Below are positions 1 to 9,032 of a stretch of 64,000 nucleotides of DNA, one piece after another. Each line of letters starts with the position of its first letter. Position 1 is the stretch's first letter. The stretch comes from Candidatus Latescibacterota bacterium (GTDB lineage Bacteria; Latescibacterota; UBA2968; GCA-2709665), in assembly GCA_965116875.1 (NCBI GenBank), contig OZ220733.1, positions 4,768,001-4,832,000 of the forward strand, in the 5' to 3' direction. The position numbers were made by a program, and so were the translations under genes. Under the pieces are notes generated by a model. The model had not been told where the DNA came from and ran no database searches. It was given only the letters and a program-made list of their open reading frames with translations.

Positions 1-36
1 GTTCCGCAGTTCAAGCCGAATGCCGACAGCTTTCCT

Positions 37-2493
37 TCAGTGCCTGAGGGTCCGGGCAACACGAAACCCGCTCAGGTTGCTCCGGTAACCGGTCGAATTC
101 CGGTAACGAAGCGCCGATCGGAGGAACCCCGGTCCATTGAACCACGAACCGCCGCGCAACACCCGCTTCGAGCAATCGCCGGATTCCCGCGCCCCGCCAT
201 CGACGGGAGCTCCCGAATAGCTCCCGTTCCAGCAGTCCGCCACCCATTCCCACACGTTTCCGAGCACGTCATGCAGCCCGAATTCATTCGAAACGTAACT
301 TCCTACCGGCGACGTACGATACGCCTTATCGTCGCACGACGCAACCGCCCACGAACTGTTATACTGCTGTGCCTCCTCGTCCGCGCCGTTCGCATACCCA
401 CACTGGTCCTCGGACGATTCACCCCAATAACGCGCGGTCGTCGTACCCGCGCGCGCCACGTATTCCCATTCCGACTCGCTCAACAATCGGTAGGAATGTC
501 CGGTCTTTTCCGAGAGCCACTTTGTATATTCCTGCGCATCCCGCCAGCTTACATTGATCACCGGCCGGCTACCGCGGCCCCATCCTTCGTCTTCAGGAAG
601 ATATCCACCACATCCTCCTGCATCCGCGCATGCATCCCACTCAGCGAAAGTGACCTCAAACAGCCCCACCGCAAACCGGTAATCGATTTTCACGTCCTGG
701 CGTGGACCCTCGTTGTCGTCCCGGTCCTCCTCACTGCCCGGCGAGCCAATGCGGAACGAGCCGGACGGGACGATCACCATCTCCGGGCACCGTGCGCAGT
801 CGCGGAATACCCTGCCTACGGCCAGACGACCGCCCGGCCCGGCCTCCTCACGCGATGCCGACAATCGACCCTCTGCTTCGGAAAGCAAGGTTGCATCCGC
901 GCCGAAAGTTCGCATCGAATCCAGGTATTCTCCCGCAACCGCGATATCCCCCGCGGACAACGCAGCCTCGAATCTGTCCCTGAATGCCGCCATCCGTGCC
1001 TGCCGGCCCCGCTCCGCCTCCTGTTCCAACTGCCGCCGCTTTCGTTCAGCGTCGCGCGCAGACGTCAGGCGAACCCCGAGACTCGCCAGGACCGGCGCAT
1101 CGGGACGCACCTGTCTGATCCGTGAGACGTATCGCTGAGCCTTCCGGAACTCCTTCCTGGCCAACGCAGCGTCGAAGATCCTCTCATAACGACCAATTAC
1201 GCTTTCAAGCCCGTCCGTCGCCGCAGGATGCCCCGGCGACAGCTCCAATACCGCCTGGAACTTCTCCCACGCATTCGCGCCGGCGGGACTCGTCAGTCGG
1301 TCCGATGCCAGGTCCTCCCTTGCAGCATTCAACAGGACCGATATCCTTTCGTCACGTTGACGTGCTTCTTCCTCCCGCGCTGCGTCCCTGGTTTCACTCT
1401 CGGTGTCGCTCTTGCTTTCCACTTCCTGGGCGACTGGTTGCTTCTCGGTGGGATGCACGTATTCGTGGATAAAATAAACACCTGTTATCAGGAGAGCCAA
1501 TATTGCCACCCCGCCGGCGAGAAAGCCGCCGACCCGCTTCACCCGACTCAGCGGCATTTTGACACCCAGCCTTGCGAGCGGCCCCTCAGGCAGGTCCGGC
1601 GGCGGGTCAGGTTGTTCACCCTCCAGGGCTTCACGCCACACGTCCACGCTCTGCGGGCGTTCCCGTTCGTCCACCCGTAACGCCCAGTCGATCGCCGACA
1701 GGAATCCATGGGTTGCCTGATTCCGGCACCGATCAACCGCCGGTTCCAGGGGATCTACCCGTACACGATCCGTCGCATCGTACGGCACCTGACCCGACAA
1801 CGCGTGGTAACAGACCGCACCAAGCGCATAGACGTCGGTCCAGACGCCCTGGTGACCTCGCTTCGAATATTGTTCGATAGGCGCATAACCTGGTGTGATG
1901 ATCGACGTCACCGAGCGGCTCTTCGCCCCGATCGCCTGGCGCGCCGCGCCAAAATCCAGAAGAACCGGCGACCGGTCCTCGTCGCGAAGGATGATATTTC
2001 CCGGTTTGATGTCGCGGTGCAGGAAATCGGCGCCATGCACCACCGCCAGGCCACTCAGAATCGGATACAGTATTTCCTTGAGTTCAGCCTCCTTCAACGC
2101 GGGTTTACTTTGAAGAAACTCAGCAAGGGTCATACCATCCGCGTATTCCATCACGATATACGCGGTGCCGAGCGCCTCGAAGAATCGGTGCACCTTGACG
2201 ATGTTGCGATGGTCAAACCGCGCCAGGGTGCGCGCCTCGTCAAGAAAACGATCCAGCCCCCATTTGAAATTATCCAGATAATAACCGGCTTTCGGGCCGA
2301 CGCTGTTGTCGCGTGTACGGGCCGCGATATCGTCCGGCAGGAACTCCTTGACGGCGACGTTCTTGTCGAGGTTGTGGTCGAAGCCCAGGTACGTTATGCC
2401 GAATCCCCCTGTGCCCAGCACCTCTACCAATTCGTACTCCTGGAGTCGGTACCCCTGGGGCAGCGCGTTCAGGGGGTGTTGGGATTCGCTCAT
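37..2493 (-). CDS. Membrane-anchored Ser/Thr protein kinase with C-terminal FGE-sulfatase (SUMF1/CLec-fold) domain
   Basis: Hanks motifs GTGGFG, VAVKE, HRDIKPGN, DFG, APIE; TM GGFLAGGVAILALLITGVYFI; helical linker; FGE motifs CPEMV, EVTFAEW, PVINVSW, RLLSESEWEY, GNVWEW, RGGSW, GFRVAR. Confidence 0.93.
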   Translation of the reverse strand: MSESQHPLNALPQGYRLQEYELVEVLGTGGFGITYLGFDHNLDKNVAVKEFLPDDIAARTRDNSVGPKAGYYLDNFKWGLDRFLDEARTLARFDHRNIVKVHRFFEALGTAYIVMEYADGMTLAEFLQSKPALKEAELKEILYPILSGLAVVHGADFLHRDIKPGNIILRDEDRSPVLLDFGAARQAIGAKSRSVTSIITPGYAPIEQYSKRGHQGVWTDVYALGAVCYHALSGQVPYDATDRVRVDPLEPAVDRCRNQATHGFLSAIDWALRVDERERPQSVDVWREALEGEQPDPPPDLPEGPLARLGVKMPLSRVKRVGGFLAGGVAILALLITGVYFIHEYVHPTEKQPVAQEVESKSDTESETRDAAREEEARQRDERISVLLNAAREDLASDRLTSPAGANAWEKFQAVLELSPGHPAATDGLESVIGRYERIFDAALARKEFRKAQRYVSRIRQVRPDAPVLASLGVRLTSARDAERKRRQLEQEAERGRQARMAAFRDRFEAALSAGDIAVAGEYLDSMRTFGADATLLSEAEGRLSASREEAGPGGRLAVGRVFRDCARCPEMVIVPSGSFRIGSPGSEEDRDDNEGPRQDVKIDYRFAVGLFEVTFAEWDACADAGGCGGYLPEDEGWGRGSRPVINVSWRDAQEYTKWLSEKTGHSYRLLSESEWEYVARAGTTTARYWGESSEDQCGYANGADEEAQQYNSSWAVASCDDKAYRTSPVGSYVSNEFGLHDVLGNVWEWVADCWNGSYSGAPVDGGARESGDCSKRVLRGGSWFNGPGFLRSALRYRNSTGYRSNLSGFRVARTLRH

Positions 2494-2730
2494 CGTGCAA
2501 TCCTTACGGCGTCTTCAATTGCGCTATTAACCTCAATCCGAATAAAAACAGCAACGCGGCGACGCGATAGAACCCTCCGAAACGGGGCGTTATCGACGTA
2601 TAGAAGCACGTTTTTTCCCTTCACGGCCAGTGGCCTGGTGTATCCTGGTAATCCGCCGTCTAATCGCCTTTATTTACAAGCGCATATTCGAATTAGCGTC
2701 CCCGAAGACTTACGAATCAAGGTTAACCCG

Positions 2731-3272
2731 TCGAGGGCAGGGATGCCCTCGATCCCGGGGTGGTACGCCGCGCTAACCCGCGAGATCCTTCAATACGCTC
2801 AAAATGACAGGACGGCGGATGACCGTTCGCCCGCGCGTTGGTCGTTCCGGAAACCGCCGGTCCATTCCTCCACACGAGCCTGCATCCACCTGCTGCCGAA
2901 AGTACGTTAAAGCAGACCAGAACTGAACGCAACAGGAAAAATTAGCTTCTCTGAAACTTCGCGTCATTATATCTACGTTTCAATTAACTTCCTTCGTTCC
3001 AATGCACCACGTTAACCGGATATTCGCCGTGGACCCCCTAGCTCCCCGGCAAATGTGCGTCCCCAGGTTCACCCGGACGGATTCGATGATGGACTGCAGA
3101 TGCAGGGTGGACCCGGTCGCGATACGCGGATACGAACGGACTCCGAACAATTCGGGGGCTAAGTCCTTTAACGTAGCCCCCGTTTTCAAGTAATTTGACG
3201 CGGTTTCGGCCGCCCGCTGTCGACCGGATCCCCGTACCGTGTGTAGGGGAGACCGGCCGGTCGCCCCTACAC
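2731..3272. repeat. Cluster of REP-like palindromes of several families in an 820-bp intergenic gap
   Basis: TCGAGGGCAgggaTGCCCTCGA (2731), GAGATCCTTCaatacGCTCAAAATGACA (2782-2809), CGGGGGCTA..TAGCCCCCG (3153-3182), GTAGGGGAGACCGGCCGGTCGCCCCTAC (3243-3270). Confidence 0.7.
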
Positions 3273-3313
3273 TTCCGGAATCCTTTCCGTTGTTTGACAG
3301 AAACCAATTGCTA

Positions 3314-5179
3314 CTATTCAAATTCCCACGTACCGAAGTGTTCGAACTCGATGCCACGGTTGTATCGTGTCTCCGACCACGTGCTGAACTCGAGCACGCC
3401 GGTCTCGGGGCGCCGGTGGGTCCACCGGTGCAGGTTTCCCTTGAGACAGTCGCCCGGCTTCGGTGAGGCCATACCCAGCGTCAGCCAGGGAATGGCGAGT
3501 TCAACCGACCAGGAGTCAGCTTCCTTCCGCGTAGCCGTTCGATATTCCCCCGACCACGTGGAATCACGACCGTAGACCTCCTTTCCGGTGGTAATATCGC
3601 AGCCGTGTTCACTTCGCCTCGTCCCCGTTCGTGACTCCCAGCGAGCATTCGCGAGATCCAGTCGGAAATGAAAATAGGCTGTCATCCCCTCGTCGGCAGC
3701 GACGGCCACCTCCACCTGATCGGCCCGACCGCCCAGATCGGTAAACATTGCGGGGTGGGTGTTTTCCATCTTGGGTTCATTGCAGCGGAAAGCAACGTAA
3801 AGCGCCGTGTCATCGTACGTCATGAGCGCCTCGGTAACCGTCTCCAGTTCTTTCACACGTGCCGCGACGTAGTTGACAAATGGGCCCAAACGCACCGCCT
3901 CATTCCAGGCTTCGTCAGTCAGATCCCCATCAACGTCAGGAGTAGCGGCGCGCAGACGGGGAACCTGCAACGTCTTCGGTTGAATCGGCCGTTCCTCGGC
4001 CCGTGCCTTCCCCAGTTGGCCCTTCCGGGCAATTTCGTCCACGTCGAAACCCAAAGGCCTTCCCTGCGCGACTTTCTCTTTTGCAGACCGGAGGGCGCCT
4101 TCGAGATAGCCGGGCAGGTTCCGTCCGTTCCACCAGTCCATGTGCTCGCTGTAGAACCACACGTACCGGTCACTGCTCTTGAGCGCCCAGTAAGCATTGT
4201 GTTCCACCCAGAGCGCACGTTCCCCGGGCGTGACGTAGGTCGCTTCGGTATGGTTGGCCATCGTGCCGCAAAGGTAGTCCGCGTAGACGGCATGCCCTGC
4301 ACGAACCTGCCGGCGGTACTTGCCGCGAAGCTCCGGGGGAATCAATGCCTGACCCGTCTGGTGGATGCTGTGGTAGTTCCGGAAATAATGCAGATCACGG
4401 TTGTTGTAATAGGAGTGCTCGTCCCCGTCCACTATAATGGTCGCCGGGCCGGCGGCTTCGAGCATGCCCGTCATAAACGCGGGCAGGAGGCCATAGTAGT
4501 CGGATTTGAGAATGGCTTCCCGCCTGGATGGGTCGGTCTCCCGCGCGGCCTTCTGAAAACGTGGCATCGAAGTCCAAAAAAGGGTGAGAATCACCGGAGC
4601 GGGAAATTCCCCCTGGATCCGGTCCATATACTGCGCGCCCCGTTTCCGTACGATCCGCTCGTAATCGGCAAAGCTCTTCTCCTCCACGTGCTTCTGCCAC
4701 TCATATTTCCACGCGCAATACGGCCTCCCCCAGTACACGAACTCCGGATCGAAAGCAAGGCCCACGCAGCCTCCCACCCGCGCGGCCTTCGCGCACCAGC
4801 CGATATTTCGCAGAAACGGGCTGTTCTCACCCCAGAGCGAATCGTCGAACCAGTCCACGTTGTCGTCGCAGTGGAAGTAGATGAAATTGTCGGTGAACTT
4901 CCGCCACGCGATCCTTCCCATTGCTTCGATCTCCGATTCGGCGGCCGCTTCTTCCAGGTCCACCATGTAAAATGTATGGCCGAAGGTCGGACGGATAAAG
5001 ATTCCGTCGAAAGGACGTTCTTCCATCTCGCGGATATGCTCTGCCACATAGCTCGGCGGCCTCAGGTCCCACCCCATCTTGACCAGTTTTTTTGTAACCG
5101 TGCCGCAGTATACTCTTGGGGTCAACGTCACTAACAGCAGGAATATCAGTGAGCATACGATAACCGTCCACTGTGTCAT
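3314..5179 (-). CDS. Secreted protein: uncharacterised N-terminal (probable TIM-barrel/GH-like) domain plus C-terminal CBM9-like sugar-binding domain
   Basis: Signal peptide; CBM9-like motifs PDVDGDLTDEAW, YDDTALYVAFRCNEP, WSVELAIPW. Confidence 0.7.
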   Translation of the reverse strand: MTQWTVIVCSLIFLLLVTLTPRVYCGTVTKKLVKMGWDLRPPSYVAEHIREMEERPFDGIFIRPTFGHTFYMVDLEEAAAESEIEAMGRIAWRKFTDNFIYFHCDDNVDWFDDSLWGENSPFLRNIGWCAKAARVGGCVGLAFDPEFVYWGRPYCAWKYEWQKHVEEKSFADYERIVRKRGAQYMDRIQGEFPAPVILTLFWTSMPRFQKAARETDPSRREAILKSDYYGLLPAFMTGMLEAAGPATIIVDGDEHSYYNNRDLHYFRNYHSIHQTGQALIPPELRGKYRRQVRAGHAVYADYLCGTMANHTEATYVTPGERALWVEHNAYWALKSSDRYVWFYSEHMDWWNGRNLPGYLEGALRSAKEKVAQGRPLGFDVDEIARKGQLGKARAEERPIQPKTLQVPRLRAATPDVDGDLTDEAWNEAVRLGPFVNYVAARVKELETVTEALMTYDDTALYVAFRCNEPKMENTHPAMFTDLGGRADQVEVAVAADEGMTAYFHFRLDLANARWESRTGTRRSEHGCDITTGKEVYGRDSTWSGEYRTATRKEADSWSVELAIPWLTLGMASPKPGDCLKGNLHRWTHRRPETGVLEFSTWSETRYNRGIEFEHFGTWEFE

Positions 5180-5319
5180 TTCGCAACCCCTTGTCTGAGC
5201 TTCCCTGCGTGCGTTGGAAAACTCCTATGTATAGGGAACTTCCGGGAAAGACGGACCTCGAAACCGAAATCAGTAAGCGACGACGCGCTGTTTTTTCAAT
5301 ATATGCGCAGATATTCATG

Positions 5320-5356
5320 AAACAAGGGTTTACGCCAGATCGGCATAAACCCTTTT
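5320..5356 (-). terminator. Hairpin terminator after tRNA-Pro(CGG)
   Basis: AAGGGTTTATGCC-loop-GGCGTAAACCCTT followed by GTTT on the minus strand. Confidence 0.65.
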
Positions 5357-5361
5357 ACCAA

Positions 5362-5438
5362 TGGTCGGGGCGCCCGGATTCGAACCGGGGGCCTCCTGCT
5401 CCCGAAGCAGGCGCTCTACCGGACTGAGCCACGCCCCG
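5362..5438 (-). tRNA. tRNA-Pro (CGG)
   Basis: CGGGGCGTGGCTCAGTCCGGTAGAGCGCCTGCT-TCGGGA-GCAGG...GGTTCGAATCC...CCA; 77 nt cloverleaf. Confidence 0.97.
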
Positions 5439-5559
5439 AAGTCGACATCTAAAATACAAGAAACTGTTTGGGTGGCAAGGAAATTCTCTAAATCGGCGAG
5501 CGTGACGGGTTCGATCCAAAGCCGCCGACCCCGCCGGAGGCTAAGGCTTCGACTGCGAC

Positions 5560-6498
5560 TCAACGTCGGCTTTTCGAAAGCCTTTCCAGTACTACCACCA
5601 TCGCGAAACCCGCCAACGCCAGTCCCGTGGCAGCGGCCAGGTCCCCGTCAATTGTCAGGGGCAGGACGTTAATCTGCATTGGACGCGCCCCGGCGCCGCA
5701 CAATCCGGCAGGCGACGACGCCTCCGCTTTCCAGGGCCAGACCTTCCGCAAGGAACCTGCCATCAGCCCGGTCAGCGCCGCAACGGTAACATCGTGGTGC
5801 CGCTTGAAAATCCATGCCAGTACACGCGCAACACTGAGGATCCCCACGGCGGCGCCCAACGCGAAAACAACAATGGTGAATAGGTCCCCGTCGTTCAATG
5901 CAGCCAGGAAATACTCGTATTTGCCCAACAGCACCAGAATGAACGAACCGGAAATTCCCGGCAGAATCATCGCCGATATGGCAACAACGCCACAGATGAA
6001 CACGAACCAGGGGGAATCCGGCGTCTTTACCGGTACGAGGCCGACCACAACATAGAACACCAATCCGGTGGCGACTGCGGCGATCCAGGTGGGACCGCGC
6101 CAGACGACCACCCGCTTTCGCACCACGAAGACGGACGCCGCAACCAGTCCGAAGAAAAACGCCCAGATCAATTCCGGTTGATGCCGGAGCATCCACTGGA
6201 TTCCGCGCGCCAGGGTCAACACAGCCAGAAGAATCCCGGTGAGAACGGTTCCCAGAAACCGCCACGGAACCCTGTTCAGGGCATCTTTGAATCTGAGGAC
6301 CAGCAGCAATCCGGCGAAGCGGCGATCAAAGGCCCGGATGGAATAAATCAACTCCTCGTAGATGCCCGTAACGAACGCGATCGTGCCGCCGGATACCCCG
6401 GGAACCACGTCCGCCGCGCCCATACAGAACCCGCGCAGGCCAAGGCCCACATAGGCCTTCCAGCCCGCCCGTGCGAATGCCGGTCCTGAACCTCCCAC
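5560..6498 (-). CDS. DUF368 family membrane protein (PopT-type undecaprenyl-phosphate translocase)
   Basis: Signatures GAADVVPGVSGGTIAF and AMILPGISGS; multiple TM helices. Confidence 0.92.
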   Translation of the reverse strand: MGGSGPAFARAGWKAYVGLGLRGFCMGAADVVPGVSGGTIAFVTGIYEELIYSIRAFDRRFAGLLLVLRFKDALNRVPWRFLGTVLTGILLAVLTLARGIQWMLRHQPELIWAFFFGLVAASVFVVRKRVVVWRGPTWIAAVATGLVFYVVVGLVPVKTPDSPWFVFICGVVAISAMILPGISGSFILVLLGKYEYFLAALNDGDLFTIVVFALGAAVGILSVARVLAWIFKRHHDVTVAALTGLMAGSLRKVWPWKAEASSPAGLCGAGARPMQINVLPLTIDGDLAAATGLALAGFAMVVVLERLSKSRR

Positions 6499-6613
6499 GC
6501 TCTCCCGACCTCCAGGTAGTTACCGCGGTGAATTCCGGATACGCACCCGATTCCAGGGCGAAGCGACGTTCAGTACCGACAATCTCCGGCACGATGTCAC
6601 TCATCGCCACCCG

Positions 6614-6650
6614 AAAAACAGGGACTCACGATCCACTCGCAAGTCCCTGT
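6614..6650 (-). terminator. Rho-independent terminator after tRNA-Pro(GGG)
   Basis: ACAGGGACTTGCGA-gtgga-TCGTGAGTCCCTGT-TTTT. Confidence 0.8.
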
Positions 6651-6655
6651 CTGAA

Positions 6656-6732
6656 TGGTCGGAGCGACTGGATTTGAACCAGCGACCCCTATCACCCCAA
6701 GATAGTGCGCTACCGGGCTGCGCCACGCTCCG
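6656..6732 (-). tRNA. tRNA-Pro (GGG)
   Basis: CGGAGCGTGGCGCAGCCCGGTAGCGCACTATC-TTGGGGT-GATAG...GGTTCAAATCC...CCA; 77 nt. Confidence 0.97.
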
Positions 6733-6879
6733 ATCCTTTTTGCTTCCGCGCCCGGAAGAAACTAAACGGTATCGACGTCGCCGTCAAGGGAAATGTTTTC
6801 CACGGAGATCCGTTCTTCAATAGCCGACGTCGCACCGGTAACCTGACTGCCCTGAAACGAGACACCGTTCCGGCGGGTT

Positions 6880-8160
6880 CTATTCGGTCTTGTAGTATAG
6901 AGAGTTGTAGTATCGTTCGGCGATGACCTTGCACAGGATATTCACGACGGCAGCTACGGGGATCGCAACGAGCATTCCGATGAACCCCCAGAAATGGGCG
7001 CCGACGACCAGCGCGAACATGACCCAGACCGGATGCAGACCGACGCGCTGACCCACGACGCGGGGAGACAGAAAATTGCCCTCGATACTCTGAACGACAG
7101 CGAATACGCCAATGACCTTCAGCAGGCTGCCTGCAGGGTCCGTATCCAATAGTGCGACCAGGCACGCCACGCTTAGTGCGACCGCTATACCAACGTATGG
7201 TATCAGGTTGAAGAGCCCGGCCATGAGTCCCAGCAGAACGGCGTACCGGATACCGAACAGCATCAGGCCGGTGGCGGTGAGTACTGCAACAAAACTGCAG
7301 ACCAGCATCTGCCCGCGGAGATATTGCCCCAGAATCTCGTCCACCCTCGACAGGAATTCCCCGATGGACTCCGCGTGCCGACGTGGAAGGATCCGTGAAA
7401 CGGTTCTGACAATGCGGTCGTAATCTTTGATCATGTAGAAAGTCACGAAGGGGATCATCAGGAAATTCAGGAGCGTTGCAAGCCCGGAACTCAACCCCCT
7501 GAGTGCAGCGGTCGTCTGTTCTGCGAAGAGTTCGCCCAGCTTCGGCAGACGCTCCAGAAGTACCTGTTGAATCTGGCCCCTGGGCAGGTTTACGCCGATC
7601 GACTGTAACCAATTGAATATCTGATCGTAGAACTGCTTCAGCATGGCGGCGTAGACGGGGACACGCCGGCCGAAATCGAGAATCTCCTGCGTCACCAGAG
7701 GAATGACCACGATGCCGATCCCGGACAATGCCCCCAGAATGACGACCACGATCAGGGCGATGGCGATCGTGCGCGACATCCAGCGTTCCATCAGACCCAC
7801 AAGGGGAGACACCAGATAAGCCAACACGAACGAAGTACCGAACGGCCAGAGCAATCCGGCCATATCTCCCATCAGCCAGGCGCCAAACAGCAGAACCACC
7901 AATACCGCCACGCCGGTTTCGAACCTGATCCCCTTCTGGACCATAACCAGAATCGCCAGAAGCGTGAGGCCGATCAGAAACGGGGAGAGGTCCTGATGGA
8001 GTACATAGAGGAATCCCACAAGAAACAGCAGAATCGCCATGCGAAAAAACAGACCGTCGCCGGACCACGTCGCGGAGTCCGGACCGGATGGTCGACGGCC
8101 CGCTCTCCGAACCGGACTATCCTCGCTGCGCACCTGTTTTGGTTGTGATTCCGTTCCCAT
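6880..8160 (-). CDS. AI-2E family (UPF0118) transporter
   Basis: Motifs YLRGQ, GLFNLIPYVG, QSIEGNFLSPRVVG, GLHPVWV, GMLVAIPVAA; start uncertain (ATG 8160 or TTG 8178). Confidence 0.92.
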   Translation of the reverse strand: MGTESQPKQVRSEDSPVRRAGRRPSGPDSATWSGDGLFFRMAILLFLVGFLYVLHQDLSPFLIGLTLLAILVMVQKGIRFETGVAVLVVLLFGAWLMGDMAGLLWPFGTSFVLAYLVSPLVGLMERWMSRTIAIALIVVVILGALSGIGIVVIPLVTQEILDFGRRVPVYAAMLKQFYDQIFNWLQSIGVNLPRGQIQQVLLERLPKLGELFAEQTTAALRGLSSGLATLLNFLMIPFVTFYMIKDYDRIVRTVSRILPRRHAESIGEFLSRVDEILGQYLRGQMLVCSFVAVLTATGLMLFGIRYAVLLGLMAGLFNLIPYVGIAVALSVACLVALLDTDPAGSLLKVIGVFAVVQSIEGNFLSPRVVGQRVGLHPVWVMFALVVGAHFWGFIGMLVAIPVAAVVNILCKVIAERYYNSLYYKTE

Positions 8161-8178
8161 GCAGAAATCCGTTCTCAA

Positions 8179-9030
8179 TCACCGTTCCGCTTTCGACTGC
8201 GCCTCGTTATCCGGGAGAACCAGAAACGTCTCCGACTGGATGTCTACATTGAATATGCGCAGGTATCGGCTGTGCCGAAGTCCGCCCACCTCTCCGATCA
8301 ACTCGAGGACACCGTCGCCGTCGATATCCAGAAATCCCAGGCGGTCTCCGAATCCGCCGGCAAAATACCACTCCACGATCAGAGTTTCCAGATCGACGAC
8401 CACACCCGTATTCAATGCGATCTCCAGGCCGTAATCGTCGTCGAAATCCGCAATTACCATACTCTGGGCGTGAATCGATTCTTTCGGTATCACGTCGCTG
8501 ATACCCTGTTCGAACAGCTCCAGACAGTCGTACACATGGATGTGCATCTCGCTGTGACCCAGGCCCTTGACCAGATAGACGAGTTCCAGTTGAGGATCAT
8601 CGTCCACATTTTCGATTGCCATGTGGGTGATATCCTCCTCGATCTGCCAGATGAAACTGTAGTCTTCCGCGCTGTATAGCACAATACGCGTAAACGTGTA
8701 GGCGACAATCTCGAATTTTCCGTCCGCATCGACGTCATCCACGAAGACGCCGAGGACGGCGGATCCCAACGGTTCACTCTTCCACTCCTCATATCCGCGG
8801 CCATCGACGTATCTGACAACGTGCAGATTTCCCTCCGCGTCTCCGTAGACAACCCGCGGGTTTTCCTCGTCGTCCGACGGGAGGATACGAATCTGAGGCA
8901 ATTCATCGATACTTCCACCCCAACGGATGTGCCGGCTGTCGCGCAGAAGATACCAGTCCGCATTTCCGGCCTGGGCCTGCATCTGTGCCGCAATCGAGAA
9001 CAGCACGATTATCCAGACGTTGCGTTTCAT
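8179..9030 (-). CDS. Secreted FG-GAP/VCBS-like Ca-binding beta-blade repeat protein (paralogue of upstream gene)
   Basis: Signal peptide ending AQA; four blades DVDADGKFEI, NVDDDPQLEL, DFDDDYGLEI, DIDGDGVLEL. Confidence 0.75.
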   Translation of the reverse strand: MKRNVWIIVLFSIAAQMQAQAGNADWYLLRDSRHIRWGGSIDELPQIRILPSDDEENPRVVYGDAEGNLHVVRYVDGRGYEEWKSEPLGSAVLGVFVDDVDADGKFEIVAYTFTRIVLYSAEDYSFIWQIEEDITHMAIENVDDDPQLELVYLVKGLGHSEMHIHVYDCLELFEQGISDVIPKESIHAQSMVIADFDDDYGLEIALNTGVVVDLETLIVEWYFAGGFGDRLGFLDIDGDGVLELIGEVGGLRHSRYLRIFNVDIQSETFLVLPDNEAQSKAER

Positions 9031-9032
9031 GC

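Noticed and set aside
37-800. FGE domain as maturase for the sulfatase at 25783
   Set aside because: Catalytic Cys pair is absent and the domain is fused to a membrane kinase
6326-6610. 94-aa ORF upstream of and overlapping DUF368
   Set aside because: Out-of-frame overlap with DUF368, which has its own SD and start; no motif
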